Source of the DNA: Rhodophyticola sp.
Lineage (GTDB): Bacteria > Pseudomonadota > Alphaproteobacteria > Rhodobacterales > Rhodobacteraceae
Length of the DNA: 46,024 bases
Assembly: GCA_028279315.1 (NCBI GenBank)
Contig: JANQNZ010000119.1
Location: forward strand, 1-46,024
Direction: 5' to 3'
Part shown: positions 29,058-38,483 of the stretch, one piece after another
Position numbering within the stretch: position 1 is the first letter of the stretch
Layout of the letters: every line of letters begins with the position of its first letter
The notes under the pieces: generated by a model
Seen by the model: only the letters and a program-made list of their open reading frames with translations
What the model was told of the DNA's origin: nothing
The model's database searches: none
Translations under genes and position numbers: made by a program

Positions 29058-30494
29058 TCAGAGCTTATTCCAACGCGGATAGCCGAAATTGAGATAGTCA
29101 CGGCGATAGACATCCATTGCGGCACTTTCGATGCTGCCGTCATAGATGCGTTTGAGCGGGAAAGGCGGCGCGTCCGGTTCCGCTTCAAACTCAGCGTCCG
29201 GCGTGCCGACCACCGCGGCGAGCCTTGGCAGTGCCTCGGCCATCTCCTCCTCCCGGATCACCTGATCGGGCAGCGTGACATTAGCCATGCCTTGCAGAAT
29301 GGCGCTTTGCGTGGCCCAAGCCGGGTCCACCTTCAGGCTGGTCTGAGCGGCGAGATTGGCCTTTAGGAACTCAAGGAAGGCCAGAAACGCGGCCTTATGC
29401 TCCTCTGGCCCATACGCTTTGTCGGAAAACCCCTTCGCTGGAAACGGAATTTTGTAGCGATTGCGGAGGGCGCGGCGGGCGTCTTCGTAAGCGGGCCGAC
29501 CGCCTTGGACGATATAGCTGTTGAACGTGTCATAGGCGCGGACAACCGGGTGCCGGACGATGGTGAAACTGCGATAGCCCGGGTGGTGGCGCATCCATTG
29601 CCGCAGCTCTTTCTGGCTCATACCCGCATTCAGGTCCTGCCGGGTGATCCCATCAAGCCCCGCCATCCAGGCCAGAACCGCATCCGTCAGCCCACCTTTG
29701 ATCGGCATGAACAACAGCCCGGTTTCGGGCGTGGCATAGAACCCCGGCACACCCGCATGGCGGCGCGGCTCGAAATTCGGGGTGCGGCTGAGATCAAACC
29801 GATCCATGGACGAGACGGCGGCAACCATCTCGTCATAATTCTCCACCTTCTCACTCAAGTCGCCCGGGTTTTGCGGCTTCAGCTTCGAAGAGGTCTTCGA
29901 CACTTCCCCCTCCACCCCCAGGAACCGAACGATGCCGTTGATCACATCCACATCGTTGATGTCTTCATAGCGGATGTAGAACGCGGTTTGCCCCGTCTCC
30001 TGCAGGCCCCGTTGCAACCTCTGCTGGAAACCCTGCAACCGTTCGATCAGCTCTTCGAACTCAGCTTGGTCGAAGGTGATCTTCTGGGTCTCACGCCGAT
30101 GCTTCACATCGGTCAGCCGCCATTGCCCCGTGGCCGAAGCGATCTTGCGCGAGACGTAGCTGTCGAGCGGATTGCGCGTCAGGATGACCTTCGCAATTCG
30201 TGGATCTGGCAACACCCGCTCCAACACCCGCGGGTCATGGTCGTTGAAGAAGCGGAAGCCTGGCAAGCCTTCGGTCTTTTCCAGAATCGCATCGAACAGG
30301 CGCAGCGGATCAGCCTCCCGCGCGTCCATGTCGATCCCGTGCATATCGAATGTCTTGTGATGGCCCATGAAGGTTGGGTTATAGACCTCGCCCAGGCAGC
30401 TCAGCCCCTCGACCTCATTCAACGTCGCCTCAAGATAATTGGACCCCGTCCGCATCTCGGCGAAAAGCACAAAGGCATCGAACCGGCCTGCCAT
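29058..30494 (-). CDS. Two-domain sulfotransferase (NodH/Stf0-like plus Sulfotransfer_2-like)
   Basis: 5'-PSB MRTGSNYL and 3'-PB LTRNPLDSYVS in the N-domain; FTIVRHPVVRAYD and YRRDYLNFGY in the C-domain. Confidence 0.8.
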   Translation of the reverse strand: MAGRFDAFVLFAEMRTGSNYLEATLNEVEGLSCLGEVYNPTFMGHHKTFDMHGIDMDAREADPLRLFDAILEKTEGLPGFRFFNDHDPRVLERVLPDPRIAKVILTRNPLDSYVSRKIASATGQWRLTDVKHRRETQKITFDQAEFEELIERLQGFQQRLQRGLQETGQTAFYIRYEDINDVDVINGIVRFLGVEGEVSKTSSKLKPQNPGDLSEKVENYDEMVAAVSSMDRFDLSRTPNFEPRRHAGVPGFYATPETGLLFMPIKGGLTDAVLAWMAGLDGITRQDLNAGMSQKELRQWMRHHPGYRSFTIVRHPVVRAYDTFNSYIVQGGRPAYEDARRALRNRYKIPFPAKGFSDKAYGPEEHKAAFLAFLEFLKANLAAQTSLKVDPAWATQSAILQGMANVTLPDQVIREEEMAEALPRLAAVVGTPDAEFEAEPDAPPFPLKRIYDGSIESAAMDVYRRDYLNFGYPRWNKL

Positions 30495-32198
30495 TTATCG
30501 CTTCACCAGATAGGGTTTTTCGCTGCTGGTTTGCGGCATCATCTCAGCGCTTGTGGACGGGAAATCGCCCATCACAAAAGGCTTCATCCCCTGGTTTTTC
30601 AGGTTCTGCAGGAACTGTCCGAACCCATCCAGATTGGCCATCCGCGGCGCTTCGGTCAGGCGCGGGGCCGATGGGCCGTCCATCGCATCCAGGATACTCT
30701 GCAAATTCTCCATCGGTTCTTCGATGAACTCCGCCAGGGTCCAGATACGCACATCCGCGCGGTTTTGGACCCGCCGCAGGATGTCGACAAACTCCACCTC
30801 CCGCTTCTGGAGCAACGCGGCCTCTTTGCGGATGTCGCCAAAATCTCGGTTCGACAGAAACAAAGGCACCGCCCAGGCCCCGGTGATCACCGAAATCTGC
30901 GCATTGCCGTCAGCGGAGAGGAACCAGGCGATATCCTCTGTATCGCGCGGGCTGTACTGGAAGACCTGCCGTTCGCCACGTGTGTTCCAGATCAGGCTGG
31001 CCAGGAACATCTCAGGGTTATAGTCGCGCAGCTTCGGCGCTGAAGACAGGCAGCCCGCATAGACATCCGCATCGCTCGCGAACCGCACCTTCTTGGGGTC
31101 AAACAGCCGCCCATGAACGCGCACGCCCAGACGGCGGGAGAGCCAGGGCTCAAAATCCTCGAAGAGATCGCTAAACCCTTGGAACACCGAATAAGGCGCG
31201 CAGGTCTTGCCATTCTCCCAATCCACATTGGGGAAGCGGCTGTGCATATAAAGCCCCGCGCGGCCCCGCGTCCGGCGTTCCAGCGCTTTGGCAAAGACCC
31301 TGTCGATCTTCCCCGGCGCCGGTTCCGCCATGGCCGAGCCGGTGTGATCAGGGCTGAGAAACGTATCATAAAGCCGGTTTGCCTGCGGCCAAATCTTCCG
31401 CGCGACAAAGCAGTCCGAGCGCCTGAGCAGATGCAAATGGTCGTCATAGAAGACATGCGGCTTGCCCTGGAAGTCGAACTTCGAAAGCGTCAGTGACCGG
31501 CTTTCGATCCGGGTCGAATAAAGCCGGGTGAGGGTCTGATAGTAGCTTTCGTCAGGGATCCAGACGAGTTTGAAATAGGCGTCATGCGCCTTTCGCGCCG
31601 GGTCTTGCAGGATAGCCGAAAGGGTCTGCCGAGTGAGGCACCACCATTGCGACCCAAGATGGGGGACAAGCCCCTCCGGCACGGTCCGGATCATGCCCGT
31701 TCGCCGCTGAAGCTCCACATAGCGGTCGAAGAGGAACCGGTTGCGTTTCCAGGAGAACGGGAACCGGAACTGGAACCGCTCAGCATTCAGGCCGCCCACG
31801 GTCCATTCCACATCCTGTGTCGTCACGCTTTCGATGAAATCCGTGCGGGGGCGGGCGGCGAGGTAATCCCGCAGCTCCTCAACCGGACGAAGCGGCAGGC
31901 AGGATCCGCTGGCCAGGTACACATGGCGGACATCCGGAAACTCGGCCAACATCACCTCAGACGCAGTTTGAGAGGCCGCCACCAAGGACCAGGTGCCCCA
32001 TTCGCACCTATGGCGTTTCGAAAACCGGATATTGCCCAAGTCCGACAGGGCGGTCTGCAACCATTTGAAAGACTTTGCGCTGACCCGCTTGTCCACATGG
32101 ATCACCACGGGGCAATCCCGCTCAGCCCAATGGCGGGCGACCTGCGCGGCCCGGTCCAGCGCCGTGTGGCAGATCATGACAAACCCGACCGTGCTCAC
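30495..32198 (-). CDS. Core-2/I-branching (GT14) glycosyltransferase with C-terminal extension
   Basis: VVIHVDK, CEWGTWSLV, LASGSCLPLRP, GSQWWCLTR, IPDESYYQT, FVARK. Confidence 0.88.
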   Translation of the reverse strand: MSTVGFVMICHTALDRAAQVARHWAERDCPVVIHVDKRVSAKSFKWLQTALSDLGNIRFSKRHRCEWGTWSLVAASQTASEVMLAEFPDVRHVYLASGSCLPLRPVEELRDYLAARPRTDFIESVTTQDVEWTVGGLNAERFQFRFPFSWKRNRFLFDRYVELQRRTGMIRTVPEGLVPHLGSQWWCLTRQTLSAILQDPARKAHDAYFKLVWIPDESYYQTLTRLYSTRIESRSLTLSKFDFQGKPHVFYDDHLHLLRRSDCFVARKIWPQANRLYDTFLSPDHTGSAMAEPAPGKIDRVFAKALERRTRGRAGLYMHSRFPNVDWENGKTCAPYSVFQGFSDLFEDFEPWLSRRLGVRVHGRLFDPKKVRFASDADVYAGCLSSAPKLRDYNPEMFLASLIWNTRGERQVFQYSPRDTEDIAWFLSADGNAQISVITGAWAVPLFLSNRDFGDIRKEAALLQKREVEFVDILRRVQNRADVRIWTLAEFIEEPMENLQSILDAMDGPSAPRLTEAPRMANLDGFGQFLQNLKNQGMKPFVMGDFPSTSAEMMPQTSSEKPYLVKR

Positions 32199-33205
32199 GC
32201 CCAGTTCCCTTTGGACATCAGGCCCAGGATCTCAAGCTGACGCCAGTTGATGTAGCGCTCGGACCATTTGCACCAGAAATTCGGATCGTCTTTCAACCCG
32301 TCGTGATAGGCTTGGTATTCATGACTATTGGCATAGTGCTGCTTGCGGCTTAGCTCTTCCGCGGCCTTGATCGTGAATGTGTCGAGAAACTTGGCATGGA
32401 GCAGAACGCCCGAAGTCTTCTCCCCCCCCCATTCGTCATAGACCAGGTTCAGACCCCGCGGCAGAAGCATATGGGTTGAACTGGTGAAGGTGTAATGCCG
32501 CTGCCATTTCACCAGCGGGATCTTGTTGAGCGCCGGCGCGCGCTTAGGCTTGTCACCAAAGAACAGCCGCGCCCGGGGCCCGCCTTGAATCCAGAGGTTG
32601 GCAAACTGCCAATTCCGCTCAATCGTGTAATTCCCGGAGTCAAACCAGCAGGCGATCTCAAACGGGTTTTGCCCATCGCGATAGGGCTGCGCCGTGATGG
32701 CCCCCTTCGGATACATATCCAAGATCATCGCCCCGAAGGATTTGATCGAGGAGGCATCCAGCCAATCCGCCAAAGCCGGGATCGGGCGGCTGTCACAGAA
32801 CGGGTAGACCAAGAACTCGTCCGGGTCGACCACGAGGCTCCAATGCCCATGGGCATAGGTGCTGAGCAGATGGTTCACCCAATCGATCCCAAAGCGGGAC
32901 CGTTTATAGCTGCCCTCCGTTGTCCAGACCGAGCAATCGGGCTGTTCGGCCAGGTATTCGCGGGTGCCATCGGTGCTGTCATTATCGACAAAGAAGAAGT
33001 GGCTGACGCCCCGGTCGCGATAATAGCTGAGGAAGTATTTCAGGCGGATCCGCTCATTGCGCAGCGTCACGAAGCATAAGACGTCAGAGGGTTTGATCTG
33101 ATCGGTGCGATCGGCGACGCCAAGCAACTCCCGGCTCTTACGCATGGCGCGCAGCCGGTACTTCTTTCGCCTTAGGCGCAGGCCGTATCGCCGAACCGCC
33201 TTCAT
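32195..33205 (-). CDS. Family 2-like glycosyltransferase (Glyco_tranf_2_4 type)
   Basis: LRNERIRL, FVDNDSTDGT, VDPDEFL, LLHAKF; ATGA overlap with upstream gene. Confidence 0.88.
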   Translation of the reverse strand: MKAVRRYGLRLRRKKYRLRAMRKSRELLGVADRTDQIKPSDVLCFVTLRNERIRLKYFLSYYRDRGVSHFFFVDNDSTDGTREYLAEQPDCSVWTTEGSYKRSRFGIDWVNHLLSTYAHGHWSLVVDPDEFLVYPFCDSRPIPALADWLDASSIKSFGAMILDMYPKGAITAQPYRDGQNPFEIACWFDSGNYTIERNWQFANLWIQGGPRARLFFGDKPKRAPALNKIPLVKWQRHYTFTSSTHMLLPRGLNLVYDEWGGEKTSGVLLHAKFLDTFTIKAAEELSRKQHYANSHEYQAYHDGLKDDPNFWCKWSERYINWRQLEILGLMSKGNWA

Positions 33206-34482
33206 CCGTTGCCCTTCTGCCCGTCTTGCCAAAGCGCCGTGACAGCACGCTCAACCTTCTCGAAATGGTCCGGCCACTTTGGCAGCGCGTGTGGCCCATC
33301 CGTTTCAGCGAAGACTTTACCCGCAAGGAGTTTCTTTATTGTTTCCACCCAAGAATACGCGTCCTTCGGATCAAGGTAAACGGCGCTGTTGCCAAGGATT
33401 TCCCGCAAGACGGGCAGGTCGGCGCAGACCGGCAAAACGCCCTCGCGCAGCGCCTCGGCAGGCGGCAGGCCAAACCCCTCCGCGAAACTTGGGAACAGAA
33501 GCGCTTTGGCACCGCTCAGAACCGCGCGTGTGTCGGCATCTGAGAGCGCGCCATGTTCAAAGATCGCCTTGTCTTTCAGCGGGTGCGCGTCGAGCCGCGC
33601 GAAGAACGCCTCGCTCTGCCATCCGCGCTGTCCGATGATATGGAGATGGGGCAGCGCGGCGGGGTCAAGCGCGCTCGCAAGCGCCTCCCAAACATCCAGA
33701 AGAAGGTCATGGTTCTTTCGCGGTTCGATGGTGCCAAGGCTTACGAGATAAGGGCGGGACGGGTCGATCTGCGTTGGGGCACTGCCCAAGGCCGGTTGAT
33801 CCGGAAGACCCAGATGTGCGACGTCGACCAACGCCTCTGAAAGACCCCATTCCGCGACATAGTGTCGAATTCTGCCCGCCGTCGCGGCGGAATTGGCGAT
33901 GAGGAGATCGGCAGCGCCAAGCGCCACACGCATCTTCCGCTCAAAGGCGGCGGCTTGGGCCGGGACCACGAACTCCGGATGATCAAGCGGGATCATGTCG
34001 TGGATCAGGATGGCAGCGCGCGCGTCATGCTCCGCAGCGATGGCCTCAAGATGGCGGGGTGACAGATTGCTGTGCCCGACATTGAGATAGACAATCCGCG
34101 CCGCGCGCGACCGGTTGAGGAGGCTTTTGACCCCCCAAGGCGGCGCCCGATCCACCGCTTGGATGCGAAGCGCGGCCTCGATCCGGTGTTTGATCTCACC
34201 ACCTTTTCCTGTGACCCGAGAGAGCCAATCGGAAGCCCCAAGCTGATCCGGCCGCTCCAGCGCTTCAATCAGAGTGGACGCGGCCTCCATTGGCAAAAGC
34301 AGAAACCCTCGACCAGTCCGCAGAAACAGCCGGTCCTCCGCATCCCGCATCAGAAGCCAATCCAGATACGCCCGTTCAACCCGATCAACACCGGTCAGCG
34401 CCGCGCGGCCCACGCGCGACACCAGCCGCGTGACATCCAACCAGACCGCGATATCGGAGCTTATCCTCGGCCCGGAGGTCAT
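33202..34482 (-). CDS. GT4 (GT-B) glycosyltransferase
   Basis: TGVDRVE, IHDMIP, GTIEPRKNH, FPSFAEGFGLPPAEA. Confidence 0.92.
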   Translation of the reverse strand: MTSGPRISSDIAVWLDVTRLVSRVGRAALTGVDRVERAYLDWLLMRDAEDRLFLRTGRGFLLLPMEAASTLIEALERPDQLGASDWLSRVTGKGGEIKHRIEAALRIQAVDRAPPWGVKSLLNRSRAARIVYLNVGHSNLSPRHLEAIAAEHDARAAILIHDMIPLDHPEFVVPAQAAAFERKMRVALGAADLLIANSAATAGRIRHYVAEWGLSEALVDVAHLGLPDQPALGSAPTQIDPSRPYLVSLGTIEPRKNHDLLLDVWEALASALDPAALPHLHIIGQRGWQSEAFFARLDAHPLKDKAIFEHGALSDADTRAVLSGAKALLFPSFAEGFGLPPAEALREGVLPVCADLPVLREILGNSAVYLDPKDAYSWVETIKKLLAGKVFAETDGPHALPKWPDHFEKVERAVTALWQDGQKGNG

Positions 34483-34501
34483 CCAGACCCAAACACGAAG
34501 G

Positions 34502-35395
34502 TTATTGCGCCGCGTTCTGCATGGCCATCATCTCGCTCAGATATTGCGAGAACTCATCCCGCAACTCCTCCCGAGCGAGGCCGAAGGCGACGGTGGCCTG
34601 CAAGAACCCGGCCTTCGATCCGCAATCGAAGCGCTGACCCCGGAACCGGTAGCCATAGACATTGCCGGACGCCTCGATCTCTTGCGCGATGGCATCGGTC
34701 AGCTGAACCTCACCGCCGGCACCGGATTTGATTCGGTTGAGATTGCCCATAATATTTGGTGTCAGGATATAACGCCCGATCACCGCAAGGTTGGAGGGCG
34801 CCTCTTCCGCGGCGGGCTTCTCGACCATGCCTTTGACGGACACAACCGCGCCCATATCTTCTTTGACGTCCAAGACACCGTAAGCCGAGGCCTTGTCCGC
34901 CGGCACTTCCATCGCCGCAACCATGTTGCCGCCGGTCTCAGCATGGGCTTCGACCATTTGCTGAAGGCACGGCGTCTCTGCCGCGATCACATCGTCGGGT
35001 AGAATGACCGCAAAAGGCTCATCAGCCAGAAGGCGCCGCGCGCACCAAACCGCGTGGCCCAGGCCAAGGGGCTTATGCTGGCGCAGATAGGCGATGGCGC
35101 CGCTTTCCATATTGGTGGATTTCAGCGTCTTCAGAAGGTCGAGCTTCTCTTTCTTCCGGAGCGCTGACTCCAACTCGGGCGAGTGGTCAAAGTAATCCTC
35201 AAGCGCGCTTTTCCCGCGCGAGGTGACAAAGATGAACTCCTTGATCCCGGCGGCCCGTGCCTCATCAATCGCGTATTGAATGAGCGGCCGATCGACCAGC
35301 GTCATGATCTCTTTCGGAATCGATTTCGTGGCCGGCAGAAACCGTGTCCCCAGACCCGCGACCGGAAAGATCGCCTTTGTGACTTTCTTCTTCAT
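34502..35395 (-). CDS. galU: UTP-glucose-1-phosphate uridylyltransferase
   Basis: PVAGLGTRFLPATKSIPKE, LGLGHAV, VEKP, GEVQLTDA. Confidence 0.97.
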   Translation of the reverse strand: MKKKVTKAIFPVAGLGTRFLPATKSIPKEIMTLVDRPLIQYAIDEARAAGIKEFIFVTSRGKSALEDYFDHSPELESALRKKEKLDLLKTLKSTNMESGAIAYLRQHKPLGLGHAVWCARRLLADEPFAVILPDDVIAAETPCLQQMVEAHAETGGNMVAAMEVPADKASAYGVLDVKEDMGAVVSVKGMVEKPAAEEAPSNLAVIGRYILTPNIMGNLNRIKSGAGGEVQLTDAIAQEIEASGNVYGYRFRGQRFDCGSKAGFLQATVAFGLAREELRDEFSQYLSEMMAMQNAAQ

Positions 35396-35521
35396 GTGTG
35401 TACCATCCACCTAGCGCTTGCTTCCACCCAGTCGGTCGCAAGCCTTACGCCCCCGAAATAACCACCCAACCAAATACTAACATTCCAATCCTGCCGAAAG
35501 GTGAAATATCCCTCTCTCGCG

Positions 35522-36754
35522 TCAAATCTGATCGCGAACTCGCCGGACGCGGGCGATTTCTGTGGCGAGGCGCCGCTGAAAGCCGCCAAGGGGCGGTCTT
35601 GGCCCATCGCGATCTGATCGTCCCCAAAGGCCGCCGGACTGCACCCAGTAACCGACGGATGTGAACCGCATCTGGTGGCGGCGGAAGGTTGGCGCGAACA
35701 GGAAGAGGGTGGTGGCGTGTCCTTCTCGTGCGAGTCGCGCGGCCTCTGCCTGACGCGCCCGGACCTGAAACCACCGGCCTGACAGATAGACCGGCTTCGG
35801 CGCGGCGTCGGTCACAAGCGGTTGAAACTCTGGCGGCGCGGAGGTGATTGTGTGGGGCGGCGCCAGCGCAACCTCTCGGCCCTCGGAAATGCCGCGATCG
35901 AGGTCCGAGATCAGGGGGCCGATATCGCGCGGCTGCAAGTCTCCGTTGCGCAAGAATCGGTCAAGCCGCTGACGCTGTGTCTCGCGAAGTGCCAACAGGT
36001 TCGGATCGAGTTCAGACGGGTCCGCATGTTTGCGCAGAAAGACCGCTGTGCTGGCCCCGATCTCCCACAAGGACCGCGGCGCGCGAGAGGCGTGGCGCCG
36101 CGCGGACGGGGCAAATCCATGATGCATTACGGCCCGGGGCACATAGGCAATCTGGTGCCCTGCGCGCCAAAGCCGCATGGCTAGATCCGTCTCATCAAGA
36201 AAGAAGCGATACGCCGGATCGAACCCGCCCATCGCCCGCAGGGGAGCTGCCCGGATTCCCATATTTGTTCCGTGGAGCTTTGGCGCGAACCCTTCCGGCG
36301 CCAGAGGGATATGCGGCTCCTCCCCAAGTGTCGACAGTTCGATCTCCTGACCGGTACGGGACACCGCCTGAGGCCCCCATTGCCGCGAAATCCCATTCCG
36401 GCCCAGGACAAGGCCTGCCGCCGCGACCACCTCTTCATTCTCGAACGCCTTGGCCAGATGACACAGCCAGCTTGGCTCAGGCACCGCGTCGTCATCAAGA
36501 AAGGCGATGATCTCTCCCGCGGCCAGCGCAACGCCCTGATTGCGCGCAGCCGAGATATTGGCCTCGGTCTGCTCCGCGGTTTTGATCCGTCCCGCGATAC
36601 CCAAATCGGAGAGCGCCGATAAGCCCTCCGCATCAGCCACCACAATCAGTTCAGATGGCCGGTGGTAAAGCTGCGAGACCCCAAGAACCGCCCGCCGCAA
36701 AAGCGCGGGTCGCCCATGGCTGACGATGACGACGCTGATCCGGGGGCCGTCCAT
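35522..36754 (-). CDS. GT2 glycosyltransferase
   Basis: ISVVIVS, NISAARNQG, AFLDDDAVP, GGFDPAYRFFLDETDL; TGATG coupling to kdsB. Confidence 0.9.
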   Translation of the reverse strand: MDGPRISVVIVSHGRPALLRRAVLGVSQLYHRPSELIVVADAEGLSALSDLGIAGRIKTAEQTEANISAARNQGVALAAGEIIAFLDDDAVPEPSWLCHLAKAFENEEVVAAAGLVLGRNGISRQWGPQAVSRTGQEIELSTLGEEPHIPLAPEGFAPKLHGTNMGIRAAPLRAMGGFDPAYRFFLDETDLAMRLWRAGHQIAYVPRAVMHHGFAPSARRHASRAPRSLWEIGASTAVFLRKHADPSELDPNLLALRETQRQRLDRFLRNGDLQPRDIGPLISDLDRGISEGREVALAPPHTITSAPPEFQPLVTDAAPKPVYLSGRWFQVRARQAEAARLAREGHATTLFLFAPTFRRHQMRFTSVGYWVQSGGLWGRSDRDGPRPPLGGFQRRLATEIARVRRVRDQI

Positions 36755-37554
36755 CAATCCATATTCATCGCGGCCATCATCGCCTCGATCCGTGGCACAT
36801 CTTCGGGGTTGTTGAGTTCCCAGAATTGACGCCCGCGCGCCTCAACCTCCACGCAAAGGATCGGGTGGCCGTGTTCGAGGAACCGAAGCTGTTCCAAGCC
36901 CTCAAGCTGCTCCAAAGGGCCGGTCCGCAAGGCGGGATAGGCCGCCAGCGCGTCGGGCCGATAGGCATAAACACCCACATGGTGGAAGACAGGAGTCGCG
37001 GCGCTGTCGGCATAGGTTTCGGTGGTGAAGGGGATCACCTCTTTCGAGAAATAAAGCGCGCGGGCGTCTGTGTCGAAAACCGCCGTCGTGCCGCCCACCC
37101 GTCCGGCTTTGCGGTCCGCCTTGAAGGCGGTGAGGGTTTCTCCATCCGCCCGCAGGACCGGCGTTGCCACCGCGGCGTCGGGTGCGGATCTGAGGCCCGT
37201 TACCAACTCTTCCAGGAACCAGGCGGGTGTCAGCGGGGCGTCGCCTTGCAGGTTCACGACCATCTCAACGCCATCGCCCAATTGCCCCAAGGCTTCCGCG
37301 CAGCGTTCGGTGCCATTGGCGCAGGTCTCAGATGTCATCAGAACCTCGGCGCCGAAGTCCCGCGCGGCGTCGGCGATCCTGTTGTCATCGGTGGCCACAT
37401 AGACCGCGTCCAATCCCGCAACATCTTGGGCGGCCCGCCAACTTCGCTCAATCAACGTCCGGCTGTCTCCAGCGACCCCCCGAAGCGGCACAAGCGGTTT
37501 GCCCGGATACCGCGTGGAGGCATAGCGCGCCGGGATGATGCAGACCACACTCAT
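36754..37554 (-). CDS. kdsB: CMP-Kdo synthetase
   Basis: IIPARYASTRYPGKPL, VATDD, NGTER, VNLQGDAP, LEGLEQLRFLE. Confidence 0.93.
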   Translation of the reverse strand: MSVVCIIPARYASTRYPGKPLVPLRGVAGDSRTLIERSWRAAQDVAGLDAVYVATDDNRIADAARDFGAEVLMTSETCANGTERCAEALGQLGDGVEMVVNLQGDAPLTPAWFLEELVTGLRSAPDAAVATPVLRADGETLTAFKADRKAGRVGGTTAVFDTDARALYFSKEVIPFTTETYADSAATPVFHHVGVYAYRPDALAAYPALRTGPLEQLEGLEQLRFLEHGHPILCVEVEARGRQFWELNNPEDVPRIEAMMAAMNMD

Positions 37555-38348
37555 GCGGGTTCCAACACCACACCCGGGGCATAGGCGATGAAGAACGGGT
37601 TCTCATACCCGGGTTTGCCATAGGTGAAGGTCGTGTGGTCGTCGAAGCGCACAACTTGCCCCCCCGCGCCGCGCAAAACCGCGTCACCCGCCGCCGTATC
37701 CCACTCCATTGTCCGGCCAAGCCGCGGGTAAAGATCGGCCTCCCCTGTCGCGACAAGGCAGAACTTCAGCGACGAGCCCGCGCTTTTCATGTCTGACACG
37801 GCGTATTTGGCGATATAGGCATCTGTTGCGGCATCGCGGTGGGATTTTGAGGCAACGACATTCAGAGCCTCCGGATTGGGCGGGCGCACCGAAATCTCGG
37901 CTGTTTCACCTGGAGCGCCAGGGTCAAACGGGCCGACCTCCTCGACACTTTGACCATCGGCGCGGGTGTAGAAGAGCCGCCCCTTAGCGGGCGCATAGAC
38001 CACGCCCCGGATCGGCACCCCGTCTTCGACAAGCGCGATATTGACGGTGAAATCCCCACGCCGCTGGATGAACTCTTTGGTGCCATCAAGCGGATCGACA
38101 ATGAGGAAACGCGCCGCCGATTGGCTGTGGCTGGCCGCCTGCTCCTCGGTCACGAGGGCGATATCCGGAAACGCGGCGCGAAGCCCGGCCGAGATCAACG
38201 CATCGGCGGCCTCATCCGCCTCGGTCACCGGGCTTTCGTCGGATTTCACCTTCACATCGAAATCATCGGCCTCATAGATCTCCATGATCCGCGCGCCGGC
38301 CTCGATGGCCAATTTGCGGAAGACCTGCTCGATCCGTTCAAACTCCAC
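37551..38348 (-). CDS. cysQ: 3'(2'),5'-bisphosphate nucleotidase
   Basis: SPVTEAD, VDPLDGTKEF, SAGSSLKFC, TMEWDTAAG; GTG 38348 after AAGGAG. Confidence 0.95.
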   Translation of the reverse strand: MEFERIEQVFRKLAIEAGARIMEIYEADDFDVKVKSDESPVTEADEAADALISAGLRAAFPDIALVTEEQAASHSQSAARFLIVDPLDGTKEFIQRRGDFTVNIALVEDGVPIRGVVYAPAKGRLFYTRADGQSVEEVGPFDPGAPGETAEISVRPPNPEALNVVASKSHRDAATDAYIAKYAVSDMKSAGSSLKFCLVATGEADLYPRLGRTMEWDTAAGDAVLRGAGGQVVRFDDHTTFTYGKPGYENPFFIAYAPGVVLEPA

Positions 38349-38483
38349 GCGATTTGCTCCTTGCCGTCTAGATTGATCGTTAATCCCTTTGCCGTTATCG
38401 TGTCCGCGCGGCAAAACGGCAAGAGACCCGGGCGGTATCCGGGCGGGCCGGGCCCTCAAATGGCAGGTTAAGGCGCGTAACAG

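Noticed and set aside
29397-31043. 548-aa ORF antisense to the sulfotransferase/GT14 genes
   Set aside because: Shadow frame; no recognisable motifs
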